From: Lama guanicoe
Taxonomy: Eukaryota
DNA length: 64,000 nucleotides
Reading direction: 5' to 3'
NCBI GenBank assembly: GCA_013239625.1
Contig: MU053216.1
Span: 744,001-808,000 of the forward strand
Part shown: piece after piece, positions 11,212-21,400 of the stretch
Position numbering within the stretch: position 1 is the first letter of the stretch
Layout of the letters: each line of letters opens with the position of its first letter
Made by a program: the position numbers and the translations under genes
The notes under the pieces: model-generated
Told to the model about the DNA's origin: nothing
What the model saw: the letters and a program-made list of their open reading frames with translations, nothing else
Databases searched by the model: none

Positions 11212-11464
11212 CTGTGGAGGAAAAGAGAGAGAGAAGCACGTGGGTCCATCCTAGAAACTAGTCTGGGGCCGGAGGTTTGACGGATGCAACATCGGACACC
11301 GGACTGGAAGCGCCTTCCTCCCACACACGGAGGAAGAGGGGGCAGGCCGCCTCCAGGCCAGTGACCAGGGGACAGAGCCGAGACGTTCAGTGTTTTTCTC
11401 TGATCAGGAATCAGGGGGCGGCGAGCCTTCTAAAAGACCATATTATGACAGATGAAAACCAGGA

Positions 11465-11640
11465 TGTAATGGAGCAGAAATGATTTGGGTCCAGACAGCA
11501 AAGCTTCGGATGACCTTAAGCCAGGCACGGGATCTTAGAGAAGTCACTTAATGTCTCCGTGTGCTGGTCTCCCCTTGTCTGGGACAAGAACGGTAATTTA
11601 GAAACAGAATCCTACCTATTTCGCAGAGTTGTTGTGAAGC
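11465..11640 (+). mobile_element. MIR SINE fragment
   Basis: aagtcacttaatgtctccgtgtg...acctatttcgcagagttgttgtgaag. Confidence 0.65.
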
Positions 11641-11747
11641 AAACGAACTCACTTACCGTTACAGAGATACTGAAAGTCACAGCGTGACGAACGACACAGG
11701 ACACAGCTGCAGTAACAAGTGCCCCGACGTGGGGCCCACCCACCTAC

Positions 11748-12172
11748 CTGTCCAGCTGTCCGGTCCTGGGGCTTCCGCTCCAGCTCATCTCTTCCGCGTC
11801 CTCCTCGGCGGGGGCGGCGGGGGGGGTGGACTGCTGGGGGTGGCGCCAGGCAGGCTCATTGGCAGCTGCTGGGACTCCATGCTCCTGTGCAGGCCTGAGA
11901 GCTTGGGGTACATGCGCGTCTCCCTGGGGACGCTGAAACCACTCATGAGCTCCAAGCCCTGGGAGAAGCTGGCCGAGTTGATGTTGAGAATCGGGGCCGG
12001 ACTAGGGCTAAAGCACGAAGTGGGGGTGCCTCCAGCAGCTGGGCCCGGAGCCTGCAGATCCGGCACCTTTGAAGCGTGGGTGTCACTGGATGACGGAAGG
12101 TCCAGACTGTTAGAATTGACCTTGTCCAGACTGGCCAGTGACGGCGGCTTGACAAAGCTCTTGGCTGTGGCC
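11748..12172 (-). CDS. NAV1: NAV1 coding exon (ATAKSFVKPPS...SWSGSPRTGQLD), 425 nt, with apparent frameshift at the G8 run 11819-11826
   Basis: Acceptor cctcag|G and donor CAG|gtaggt. Phase 2-2 requires a multiple of 3, but the length is 425. The conserved reading AAPAEEDAEEMSWSGSPR resumes in another frame. Confidence 0.9.
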
Positions 12173-12568
12173 CTGAGGAGCAAAGATGAAATAGCGTGTT
12201 CAGGAAAACGGAGTCAGAGAAGCAACAGGCACGTGGCATCTCAGAGACAGCCCAGTGCTGTCCCCGCTCTCTGGCTCTTGGCAAAGCGCGGAGGCTTCGC
12301 TTAACACCACCATGGACCCAGTGGAGGAGACCGGATGCCCCAGGCGGGCACCTTCAGGTCTTCAGGGGCGGCCAGCTCACGCGCAAGGGAGACACTGCTG
12401 AACGCGTAGGCGTATGTGTGTCAGTGAGCAGCACACCACCTGCACGTGTGCTGGGAGGCAGGCTCAGAGCTGATGAGGAGGGCACAGCCCGCAGCTCGGA
12501 ACAGGGAGAAGGAACTTGGCCTTCGGGGGAGCAGGGGGCCGTGGGAGGATGCCACCCAGCCCGGGTAC

Positions 12569-13262
12569 CTGAGAGGCGTTGGCGGCAGCTCTGCCAACTT
12601 GGGGGCTGGGGAGTGGCTGGCTAGGTTCTTGGGCGTGCTCTCTGGGGAGCCCACGCTCTTCACGGAGACACTGTCCACGTCCAGGGCCACGGCCTTGGCT
12701 TTGGCCTTCTCCTTCTCTCGGTCTGTCTGGTTGACGGGGGCCGGGGTGGTCCGGCCGCTGGCCACCTTTGAGGGCTCCTTCAGCCTGGAGGGGGTCAGGC
12801 CAGCCTGCTTGGCACTGAGGAGACTGGGGTCGATGCTGCTGCTCACGGGCCGGGGTCCGCCCCGCCCGCCCGTCACGCTCATGGAGCTGGACTTGGCCGG
12901 CCGGGGCAGGCTGCGGTACTGGATGTTGGACCGGGCTCCGGGGGCCAGGAAGCCGGGCTCTGCACCGTTGGACACGTCCAGGCTGGTCTTGCGTCCGTTT
13001 GCTGGCTTGACGGGGATGCCTGAGGACTTCTGGATCTTGCCGAGCGTGGCGGAGCCGCCGGTCTGCACAACGGTGGCCGTGCCTGTGGCAGGAGGGGGCT
13101 TCTTGTAGCCGAAGGATCCCGCAGTGGAGGGACGAGCGATGCCCGAGGGGGGCTTCTTGGCATCGCCCAGGCGGTCGCGGCCGGCGTCGGAGGAGGAGCG
13201 CTGCAGGCCCGCGCTCTTTACCGCGAGCTTGCCCTTGTCCGCGGCCTTGCCCTCAGGTCTGC
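12569..13262 (-). CDS. NAV1: NAV1 coding exon (GRPEGKAADKGK...ELPPTPLR), 694 nt; Ser/Pro/basic region with SxIP motif SGIP at 13012-13023
   Basis: Acceptor ccgcag|GC and donor CAG|gtaccc; lies within ORF 12421..13500. SxIP motifs are established EB1-binding motifs of microtubule plus-end tracking proteins. Confidence 0.96.
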
Positions 13263-13536
13263 CTGCGGGGTGACACGCACGAGTCAGAGGAGCCCCCGCC
13301 TCTCCCTCCGCGGAGAAGGGAGCTTGATCAGTGTGCTGGGGGAGTTTCATGGGCCTGGCGGTGGGTGAGCAGGGGCCACACAGGCTGAGGACCCCCCTCA
13401 CCAGACGGGGGACTCGGCAAAGCTGGCCTAGCACTGCTGGTTGGTTTGCTCTCATTTTCTGCTCCCATGGTAGGCCATTCCACCTTGGCTGACATGGCAA
13501 AGGTGATCACAAAGGCTACCAAGAAGCAAGTAGGTC

Positions 13537-13630
13537 GGGGAGGGTGGAGCTCAGCAGTGGAGCACATGCTGAGCAGGCGCGAGGTCCTGGGTTCCATCCC
13601 CAGTGCCTCCAGCAAAAAGGAAGAAGAAAG
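13537..13630 (+). mobile_element. tRNA-Ala-derived SINE (camelid vic-1-like)
   Basis: ggggagggtggagctcagcagtggagcacatgctgagcaggcgcgaggtcctgggttccatccccagtgcctcca plus A-rich tail; A and B boxes visible. Confidence 0.85.
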
Positions 13631-14092
13631 CAGTCTAAGCACAGGGCAAGGAAGGGAGGGGGCGCGAATGGCCCAGGCTCTGGACCAGGCTCTGACAGTG
13701 CCTGCGGCCTCTGGAGACCCAGCTGAGGCCAGCAGCTGCCCAGGGGCCAGCCGGGAGGCCTGGGCTCTGACTGTGTTCCCAGGACCTCCCTGAGCTGGCA
13801 GACAAGGACCCAGGGAAGGTAAGATGCACGTGTCAGCCACGTGTGCAGGGAGAGGAAAGGGCCCCGGAGTATCTGAGATGGGTCAGACCAGGCTCTGATC
13901 GCAACACCCTCCTCATCCGCCTCCTGTCCGCCTTTTAGCCCCTAGGAGTGTGTCTGCACACGGCACTGGGGACAGGAACACCCTCTTCCCTGACTTGGGC
14001 CAGACAGCGCGTGGCCTCCCCGGGGAACTGCCTGCTCGCCCCCCCCGGGGCCACATCCCTGTGGAAGAGGGGCCACCGCACACTGGGCTCAC

Positions 14093-14390
14093 CTGCCACC
14101 TTGAGGGCGCTCTGGGCCGTGTGAGTGATGGGGGAGGTGACGGCCACTGGCGGGGCCTTGCCCTTCTTCAGGGAGCCAGGGTGTCCCAGGGCGCCGGGCT
14201 TCCTCAGCTCCCCAACCTTGGACGCATCATCGCAGCTCTCCGGACGCTCCCGCCGCCACTTGGAGGCGCCGGGCTCCATCTTCAGGCTGCCGCTGTCGTA
14301 GTCCAGCCTCCGGGGGGCCTTCTCCTCCGACTCACTGAACCAGCTCAGCCCGCTCTCCGCCAGTGAGCGCTTCTCCGAGTCTGTGCGCAG
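14093..14390 (-). CDS. NAV1: NAV1 coding exon (LRTDSEKRSLAESG...SALKVA), 298 nt
   Basis: Acceptor ccgcag|CTG and donor GCAG|gtgagc; overlaps ORF 13935..14279. Confidence 0.96.
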
Positions 14391-14798
14391 CTGCGGACGA
14401 GAAGAGAAAGTAGCGTGGACGCTCGTCCAGGGACGGAGTGGGGGGCCGGGGCTACTCTGGCTCCGGGTGGCCCTACTCTTCCAGGGAGTTCAGTCAGCCC
14501 AGGGTTTGCACTGGCACCTGGAGGCGCACGTACCCTGTGCACCCTCTCTCTCTCGTGTGCACCGGTTGAAACTGGCGCGGGCACTACACACAGACGCTCA
14601 CCACACTGCCGCTCACGTCTCAGGGACGGCTGGGTGGCTGCAGCCTCCTCCCGCCAGCCCAAAAGGTCTTGGCCAAAGGTGTTCGGGAACCAGCCCCAGG
14701 GAGTCGGGGGGAAGTGTGCCAGCCCGCGCACAGGCCCCAGCCGGTCTGCCCCGGGCCTCCTCCCCAGCCGGTGGCCGGGCTGTCTGCAGGCCACGTAC

Positions 14799-14937
14799 CA
14801 CCACGGCGGAGTTCCTGCGGGACGCGGTGGGCGTGCTCGGGAGGGAGTTGAGCGAGGAGCTGGCGTTGAACTTCTCCGAGCTGAGGTTGTCTGAGGCATC
14901 GCTGAGCCCACTGCTGATGGAGCTGCTCTCGTCCCAG
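14799..14937 (-). CDS. NAV1: NAV1 coding exon (WDESSSISSGLSDASDNL...RRNSAVV), 139 nt
   Basis: Acceptor cggcag|C and donor GTG|gtacgt; frame-consistent with both neighbours. Confidence 0.95.
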
Positions 14938-15789
14938 CTGCCGGCAGGAGGGGAAGGTGAGCGGTTAGAACAGAAGCCAAGCAGGAAATAAACTTCTCGT
15001 AATGATGGAAGAATGGCTGGATTCCCAGGAAAAAGCAGCCAAAAGGAGAAAGCGTGGGGGTCAGTCCTGGTGCGATGTGAACGGCCTGGTAATTTGGTGA
15101 GGTTCTTTCATAAGAGGAAAGGATTAGCTTTATCTGGCCAAGGATGGTGTTCTGTCTCCTACAGGGAGGTATGTTCACAGACAAGGTAATTCTGGGGTCA
15201 AACTAACTGCACAGACGACTCCCTCTCTCTGCAGTGGCCTCCATTCTCGTAACCACCACACCTGTGCTCGTGTTCAGGTGCGTCTTCTAGATACTTCTCC
15301 TCCCTTTTCTAAATTTTCCATGCCTGGTGACTCGGGCCAGAGAAAGGCCGATCTTTCCAGAGCCCCCACGCCTGTCACTTCTCACTGCGCTTGCCCGCGG
15401 TTCTCCCCGGCCCAGACCAGGTCCGGCTGCTAAACAGCACGTCCTGAAGGTGCCGAGGCCAGGCAGAGGTGCCAGGTTTGCATGGCATGGTTTCGCTCTC
15501 CTGCCAGTTGCTCGGAATATCAGATCCGTGGTGTGGGGAGAGACTGTGTCAAACATCTGTGTCTGCACGACTTCATGGCAAGAACCCCAGTCCACGTCGC
15601 CAGCGGGCTATTCGAATACCACCCGCCACTCCCCAAAACCCTCTCGTCGGTTTCTGCGTTTGACAAGTTTCGCCGTCAGAAAGCTTTTACTCTCAGCATC
15701 TGAACGACGCCTCCTCCCCAGGTGCACCCGTCTCCCTCTGTGCTGGCCTCGCTGGCTATCAGTTTCTTTTCCCCCACTTTAAAAAAAAA

Positions 15790-16126
15790 ATTGGAGTACA
15801 ATTGAGTTACAACACTGTGTTAGTTTCTGGTGTACAGCACAGTGATTCAGTGCTGCCCGTCTATTCCTTTCCACATGCTTTTTCGTTATAGGTTGTTACA
15901 AAAGTTGAATATAGCTCCCTGTGCTGTACAGTGGGACCCGGGTGTTTATTTTATATACAGTACTTGGTTTCTACTAATCCCAAACTCCTAATTTGTCCTT
16001 CCCCCACCCCAGTGAGTCAGACAAATCTCATATGATACCACTTACACGTGGAATCTAAAAAATGGCACAAACGAGCTTGTTTACGAAGCAGAAACAGACT
16101 CACAGACAAGAGAACAAGCTTGCGGT
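15790..16126 (-). mobile_element. 5'-truncated, 5'-inverted L1 3' UTR insertion
   Basis: 15790-16010 is an antisense L1 3' terminus; 16011-16126 is the adjacent upstream 3' UTR segment in the opposite orientation. Confidence 0.8.
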
Positions 16127-17479
16127 GAACAGGTTTCCCTCTGGTCACACGTTATTTCTAAGCTCAGACTCTGTGCCCTCTGACCTTCCTTCAAAGGTCC
16201 TGTTCCTCAAGTCTGGCCCCATTTCTGCTTCTTCCTTCTGGAACCTAAGAAGGTCCTCAGCCTCCACTCAAGCTCTAGGGCGGGGCCTCCAAGGCCCCAC
16301 ATCTGCGATCGCAGTGGGTTTGCCAGCTCTGCGTGTGTCCGAGGACTCGGATGCTTTCTGTGAATCAGCTGGTGTCTGGAAACTTTCCCTTTGGATTTAT
16401 TCTGAGTTCCATACGATGGAACAAAAAGCAGACGCGCAAGTCGTCTCCGTGCTTGGCCTGGACTTCAGCCGGCCTCCCTCTGATTTACTTGCTGGGAATA
16501 GGAAAGTGGGTGGTTTGGCCGTTCGGCTTGTTGCTCTGCGGGGATTAATCCAAATACACTGAGAAAGAGCAAAGAAAGCGCAGGGATCACAACACACGGC
16601 AGGGAGATCTCGATTTTACTGCTGTGAATACAGCCGTTATTGACTGACAGTCCACCTCTCCCCCAGCCAGTGACGTCTACTAAATCTCACGTCTGTCGAC
16701 GGCTAAAATACCGCCTCTCCCCGCGCCCCCACCCCGGCACTGTAGAGAAAGACTGCTGACGGGGAAGGATCGATCGGGTTTTACGGTGCTATCGGCTCTC
16801 CTGGGTCAAGGTAAGAGGAACAGCTGGCTTTTAGGGCAACGGCAGAAGACGCCTGACCTTCCGCGGAACCGTCCACCTGAGATTAATTCTTGGTAATCAA
16901 GCCCTCAGAGCAGAGGACGTTCTGTCTGCAGGGCCCTTGCAAAAAGAGGACGGTCGTCCACCGACCCCAAGGAAACCCTCCCTCTGTCCTGCGCTTTACG
17001 GAAACCCCTGCAGTGGGGAGGGGAGTTTCTCTTCTCAGAAAGAGCGCGGTTCCTCCCAAGTCACAGGCTCTTCCTGGAGCAACAGGGTAGAGGACTACAG
17101 CCACTGGGCAAGGCTGGCTGGAAGATTAAAGCTTTCCCAGTGAAGTTCCTTTGCAGGTTCTGAATAAAAGGAAAATTCTGTCGTCATGACTTCAGGGTGA
17201 AGCGTCTCCATTGGAGAGAACATATTTTCTTTCTTTAAAAAAAAAATTATAAGTAACACATGCTGTAGTCAGGACTCAGACTACAGGAAAACGCCGCCTT
17301 TCTGCCCTCCCGCTGCGGCGTCCAGGCACCCGGGTCAGGAGTTTGCTGTGCCTCCTTCAGAGCAGCCGGCCTGGCTCCCGGCTGTCCGCTGTCCAGTCTG
17401 TGGGCCACCCCGGGCTCTTCGCCTGCCTGCGGGGCTGGAACCTCGGTCCTCCTCTTTGCTCTTGTCCTCTCTCGTTTTC

Positions 17480-18450
17480 GAGAAGCGCCTCTTCTAGGAG
17501 GTTCCTGGAAAAAGGTGCTTGGGGAGCAAACTTCACAAGCTCTGACTTACTAGGTAAGACGTCTTCATCTTCTTCTACACACGCGGTCTTGGCCAGGTGG
17601 GGAACCGTCAGCTGAAGCCAGCGGCCCTTCAGGAGGTAAGGAGGTAACGGCTCCAGCGCGCACCGCTGCTGGTCTGACTCCCGGTCCTCAGGAAGGGACC
17701 TGTGTCTCTCTTTCTCCCTGGGACCTTCAGCACGCTCCCTGGTGTTGGGAACCTCCCTGAGGATGGGCTTGGTGTGGGCCGTTTTCACCCACTGAGTGGA
17801 CACCTTCCTGGGCGCTTTCAGCCAGGCGCTCGGGCCCTCAGCTCTGGGAAGTTTCTCTAGTCATTTCTTCGATGATTTTCTCTGCCCCATTTTACAGTTC
17901 TCTCTCTTGGGAGATTCTGCAGCCAGCACACTGATTCCGTCTTATTTTCCAGCCATACACACACACACACACACACACACATACATATGTGTGTCTATTT
18001 TAATTTAACTGCTTTTTGGGCAGCAGCCTCACTTTCGCCCTCCACCGCCTCCGTACGGCGTTCGTTCCTGCTACCATTTTTAATTTCCAAGGGCACTTTG
18101 AGGCCCCTGTGTCGTTCTTTCCTCCAGGGATGCAGTCTCTCTCCCTAACTCTTCAGGGCCCACGATCTCTGCCCGGCGTCCGGCTCCAGGGTGCTTGTTT
18201 CCATTCCTGTCGGCGAGACCTCCAGGTTGCAGACTCCCGAGACCTCCGACGACCCGCGGCTGTTGGCTCGCACGTAAGACTGGGACCGGCCTCCCGCTGC
18301 ACCTTGTGCGGAAGCTCTGTGTACGTAGGTGGGACGTGGCAACAATGGCTTCAGTACAGAGGAGATGAGAAACTAAAGTTTCTCCTCTGGGGCTGCTCAG
18401 AATTCCTAGTGATGGATCTTCCAAACTCCCCCCTGGAGGAAGTAAGACCA
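17480..18450 (-). mobile_element. Highly decayed L1/HAL1 ORF1-region fragment
   Basis: Pyrimidine-rich antisense pattern (gacgtcttcatcttcttc...ctctgggaagtttctctagtcatttcttcgatgattttctctg); boundaries approximate. Confidence 0.45.
17957..17980. repeat. (AC)12 microsatellite
   Basis: Directly visible. Confidence 0.95.
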
Positions 18451-21400
18451 ACGTTCTAAGAGCGGAGACAGGGAAGGGCCAGGGGTCTCAACGGTCAGCA
18501 CGTAAAGCCTCCCTTAACACTAGTTCAGGATCCGCGCCCCACCGGGCCTCGGCCCACGCGTTCAGACCCCCGTTCTGCCCCGCCCGGAGCCTCGTCTCCT
18601 GCGGCCGAGAGGGAGGGGCCGCTGGCTTCCAGGAGCCGTGGGGGAGGGCAGCTGCGTGTCCGCGTGTTTCTCATGTAACTTTCCACCCAGTCCTCCGGTC
18701 TCTAGTCTCCCCTCCTCCCCCACGAAAGACATCTGATGTCACCGACCGCCCGGCGTCCTGAGGGCTGGGATACAAACAGGGCTGCTGCCGCCTCGCCTGC
18801 AAACAGGCTGAGGGCTCAGCTCCAGGCCAGCGGATCCAGCCACACCTGCCCTCCTGATTTCCAGCTTCCCCGAGTTGTGTGGCGGCTGCCTCTCCCCTCT
18901 CCTAGTCTCTGTCCTTGTGGTTTTGTGATTTGAAAAAACCCCAAACCCTTTACTGCCATTTTACCCTTGGGGCAGTTGTGAGCTGTTCTTGACTAATTTT
19001 TTTGCAGCGGCAAAACGCCCCTGCACGGCACTTCGCAGAGCTGCTCCTTCGGCCTGGACGTTCTGGCGGGCAGACTGAGTCGCGTGAGGAAAGGAGACGC
19101 TGACCTTGGAGTTTCACCAAATTGGGACGCGGCAGAGGGAACCGTGCGGATGACAATGTTTTGCAGAATCAAGAGCTGGGAGAAGAGCGCTGTTGGGCCC
19201 GCCCTTCCGACACGGGACTGCTGCGGGTGTGAGAATGGGGCTCCGGGGGAGCCTGTGGGATCTGTCCGCTGGGGAGTCAGAGGGCCGCAGGCGCCGCGGG
19301 ACCTCACGGGCGGGGGCGGGAAAGGCAGCTTCGACCCGGCGGCGCCACAGGAAGGGGGACAGCAGGCCGGGCTCGGGGCACCGGGGCCCCCTTCTGTCTG
19401 GGACTGAGAGTCTCCGCTTGCTCCGGGCTGGGCTGTGCCGTCTCCCTCTGCCGGTGCCTCTCGGCCGGGGCTCAGGTGGGAGAGGGCGGGTGCTGACAAG
19501 CCGGGGCTAGAGGCACCGGACATGAGGAAGACAGGCCGCAGGGGGCTGCCCGTGCCCGGTTCTGCGTCCAACGACCTCGCTGGCGGCGACCGGTGTGAGA
19601 GAAGTGGTCCCTCGCGCAGGTCTGCGTCGCTTTACGCCGTCCGCTTCGAACGGCGTGGGACAGTTGTTACAAGGACGGTGACACTTCCTCACCCTCGCCC
19701 ACCCTTGGAACAGAATGGGAAAGAGGTCTGAACTAGCAGCCTCACGAGGCACCACGCACACGCACGGGACGACAAAAGGGCTCCTGCCCCGGCGACCCGA
19801 AGGCCCTGAGCGGGCCGCGAGCCACAGCAGACTTCCCGGCAGGGTCTCGTCTCCCCTCTTGCAGCCGCCTCGTACCCCTCAGCCCTCCCTCCAAACCCTA
19901 AACTCCTCGGTTCCCGTTTCCACGAGAAGTATTCTGGGCTTTCCTGGCCCCTCAGCGCCGCACACACACCTCCTCCCCTCTCTCCCCACGTCCCGCACCA
20001 GGCTCCCTGACAGGACCGCCTCCTGCCTCTCTGTCTTCTTTCTGGACGGTTCTCCTGCCCTGACTCTGGTCAGATCTACCGTGAGACCTTCTCACGTGCC
20101 CGCTGCCTGAGCCTCGCCCTTGCCGAGACACACTGAATACAAGAAGCCAAGTCCCCCTAAGGTGTAGCTCTTCCCGAACCCTCACTAGCTCCTCACCGCT
20201 GACACACCAAGTCAGAGGCCGCCGTCCCGCTGTTCAAGACCGTCTGTGAGCCGTCACAAGCACAGCGAGGTCACGGAGAGCCAGATGTTGTGGCCAGACC
20301 GTGTGGACTCAAGTTCCATCCACTCTGCCCAGGCTTGAATTCCATGTCCATGTGGCAGACGTCCACTGAGCTAGTGGACACACAGGGCCGTGTCAGCTGG
20401 AGGGACGCCTGACAGTGAGTGGCTGTCCAGAACGAGCTCACAACCCAGGAGGGGAAAGACACAGAAATGAAACGCCGTATCTGAAGGACAGGCCACGTAC
20501 GGGGGAGACCTCGGATAAAGGAGTGGCCCGATTCTCTGACAAGATCCAGGCGTGACTCCCACAGTGGGGTGTGGACAAGTCTCCACTCACGCCTCCTCTG
20601 GCTCCCCCTCTGCTGCGAATCCCTAGGCCCCTCGGGCTCTCCCTGAGGTGCGGGTGTGAGGGAGAGCTCCTTGTCCCATCGCTGCGCGAGGACCTGGTCC
20701 TGCAGAGGATTCTAGGGTCCGAGAGTGACCGAGCAGGACCCTTGTGTCATCAGTGACGGTGTTCGTAACTGCTAATTGTATAATAATTTCAATGGTTTTT
20801 CTCATGCTCTTGCAGACCAGGGCTGGGCTGGAGAGGAGGGGGCTTGGGTGGTCCGCCCAGCCGCCCCGTGGTGCTGCGTGCAGGGATCGTGCTCAGCGCT
20901 CTTGACTCCGACACTTCAGAAATGGTAGCTGGGTTTGTTTTCGGTATCTTGTTGTTCATAACTCACCCCAACTGTGCACGCACACAATTATCTTCAGTCC
21001 CTCGTGGTTTCTTTGTATTCTGTTGTTCGCGGTGCAGGTCTCAACCTGTGCAAACACTGCAGCCTGCCTAAAAGGCTCAAAGCATTTATCCACCTGACTC
21101 CACACTGCACAAGTTTTCCTCTAGAGCTCTTTTCCACAGGCCCCCTTCCTAAGCACTCTTTGTTCCAGGCACAAGAACGTTAGGAGTCCCAGAGCCGGAG
21201 GAAACATCACACCCAGCAGCCCAGCAGAAGGAAGGGGACCCGCTGCAGCTGCAAAGACAAGAACTTTGCAACAATCTGTTGCCCTGTATACGATCTCTAT
21301 GGAAGGCAGCACTGCCCCTTAAACTTTTATTACAAATGCCCCTGTCTCTCTCCCCAGTAGGCTCACAGTCTCAGAGGCACTGGCCCACTGTGACCTCTGC

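Noticed and set aside
11650-11747. Consensus donor ACG|GTAAGT at 11657/11656 that would make the frameshifted exon 516 nt (a multiple of 3)
   Set aside because: It cannot rescue the frameshift because the shifted frame already stops at 11785-11787.
13537-13610. tRNA-Ala gene
   Set aside because: Degenerate stems, an A-rich tail and related copies elsewhere indicate a SINE, not a tRNA.
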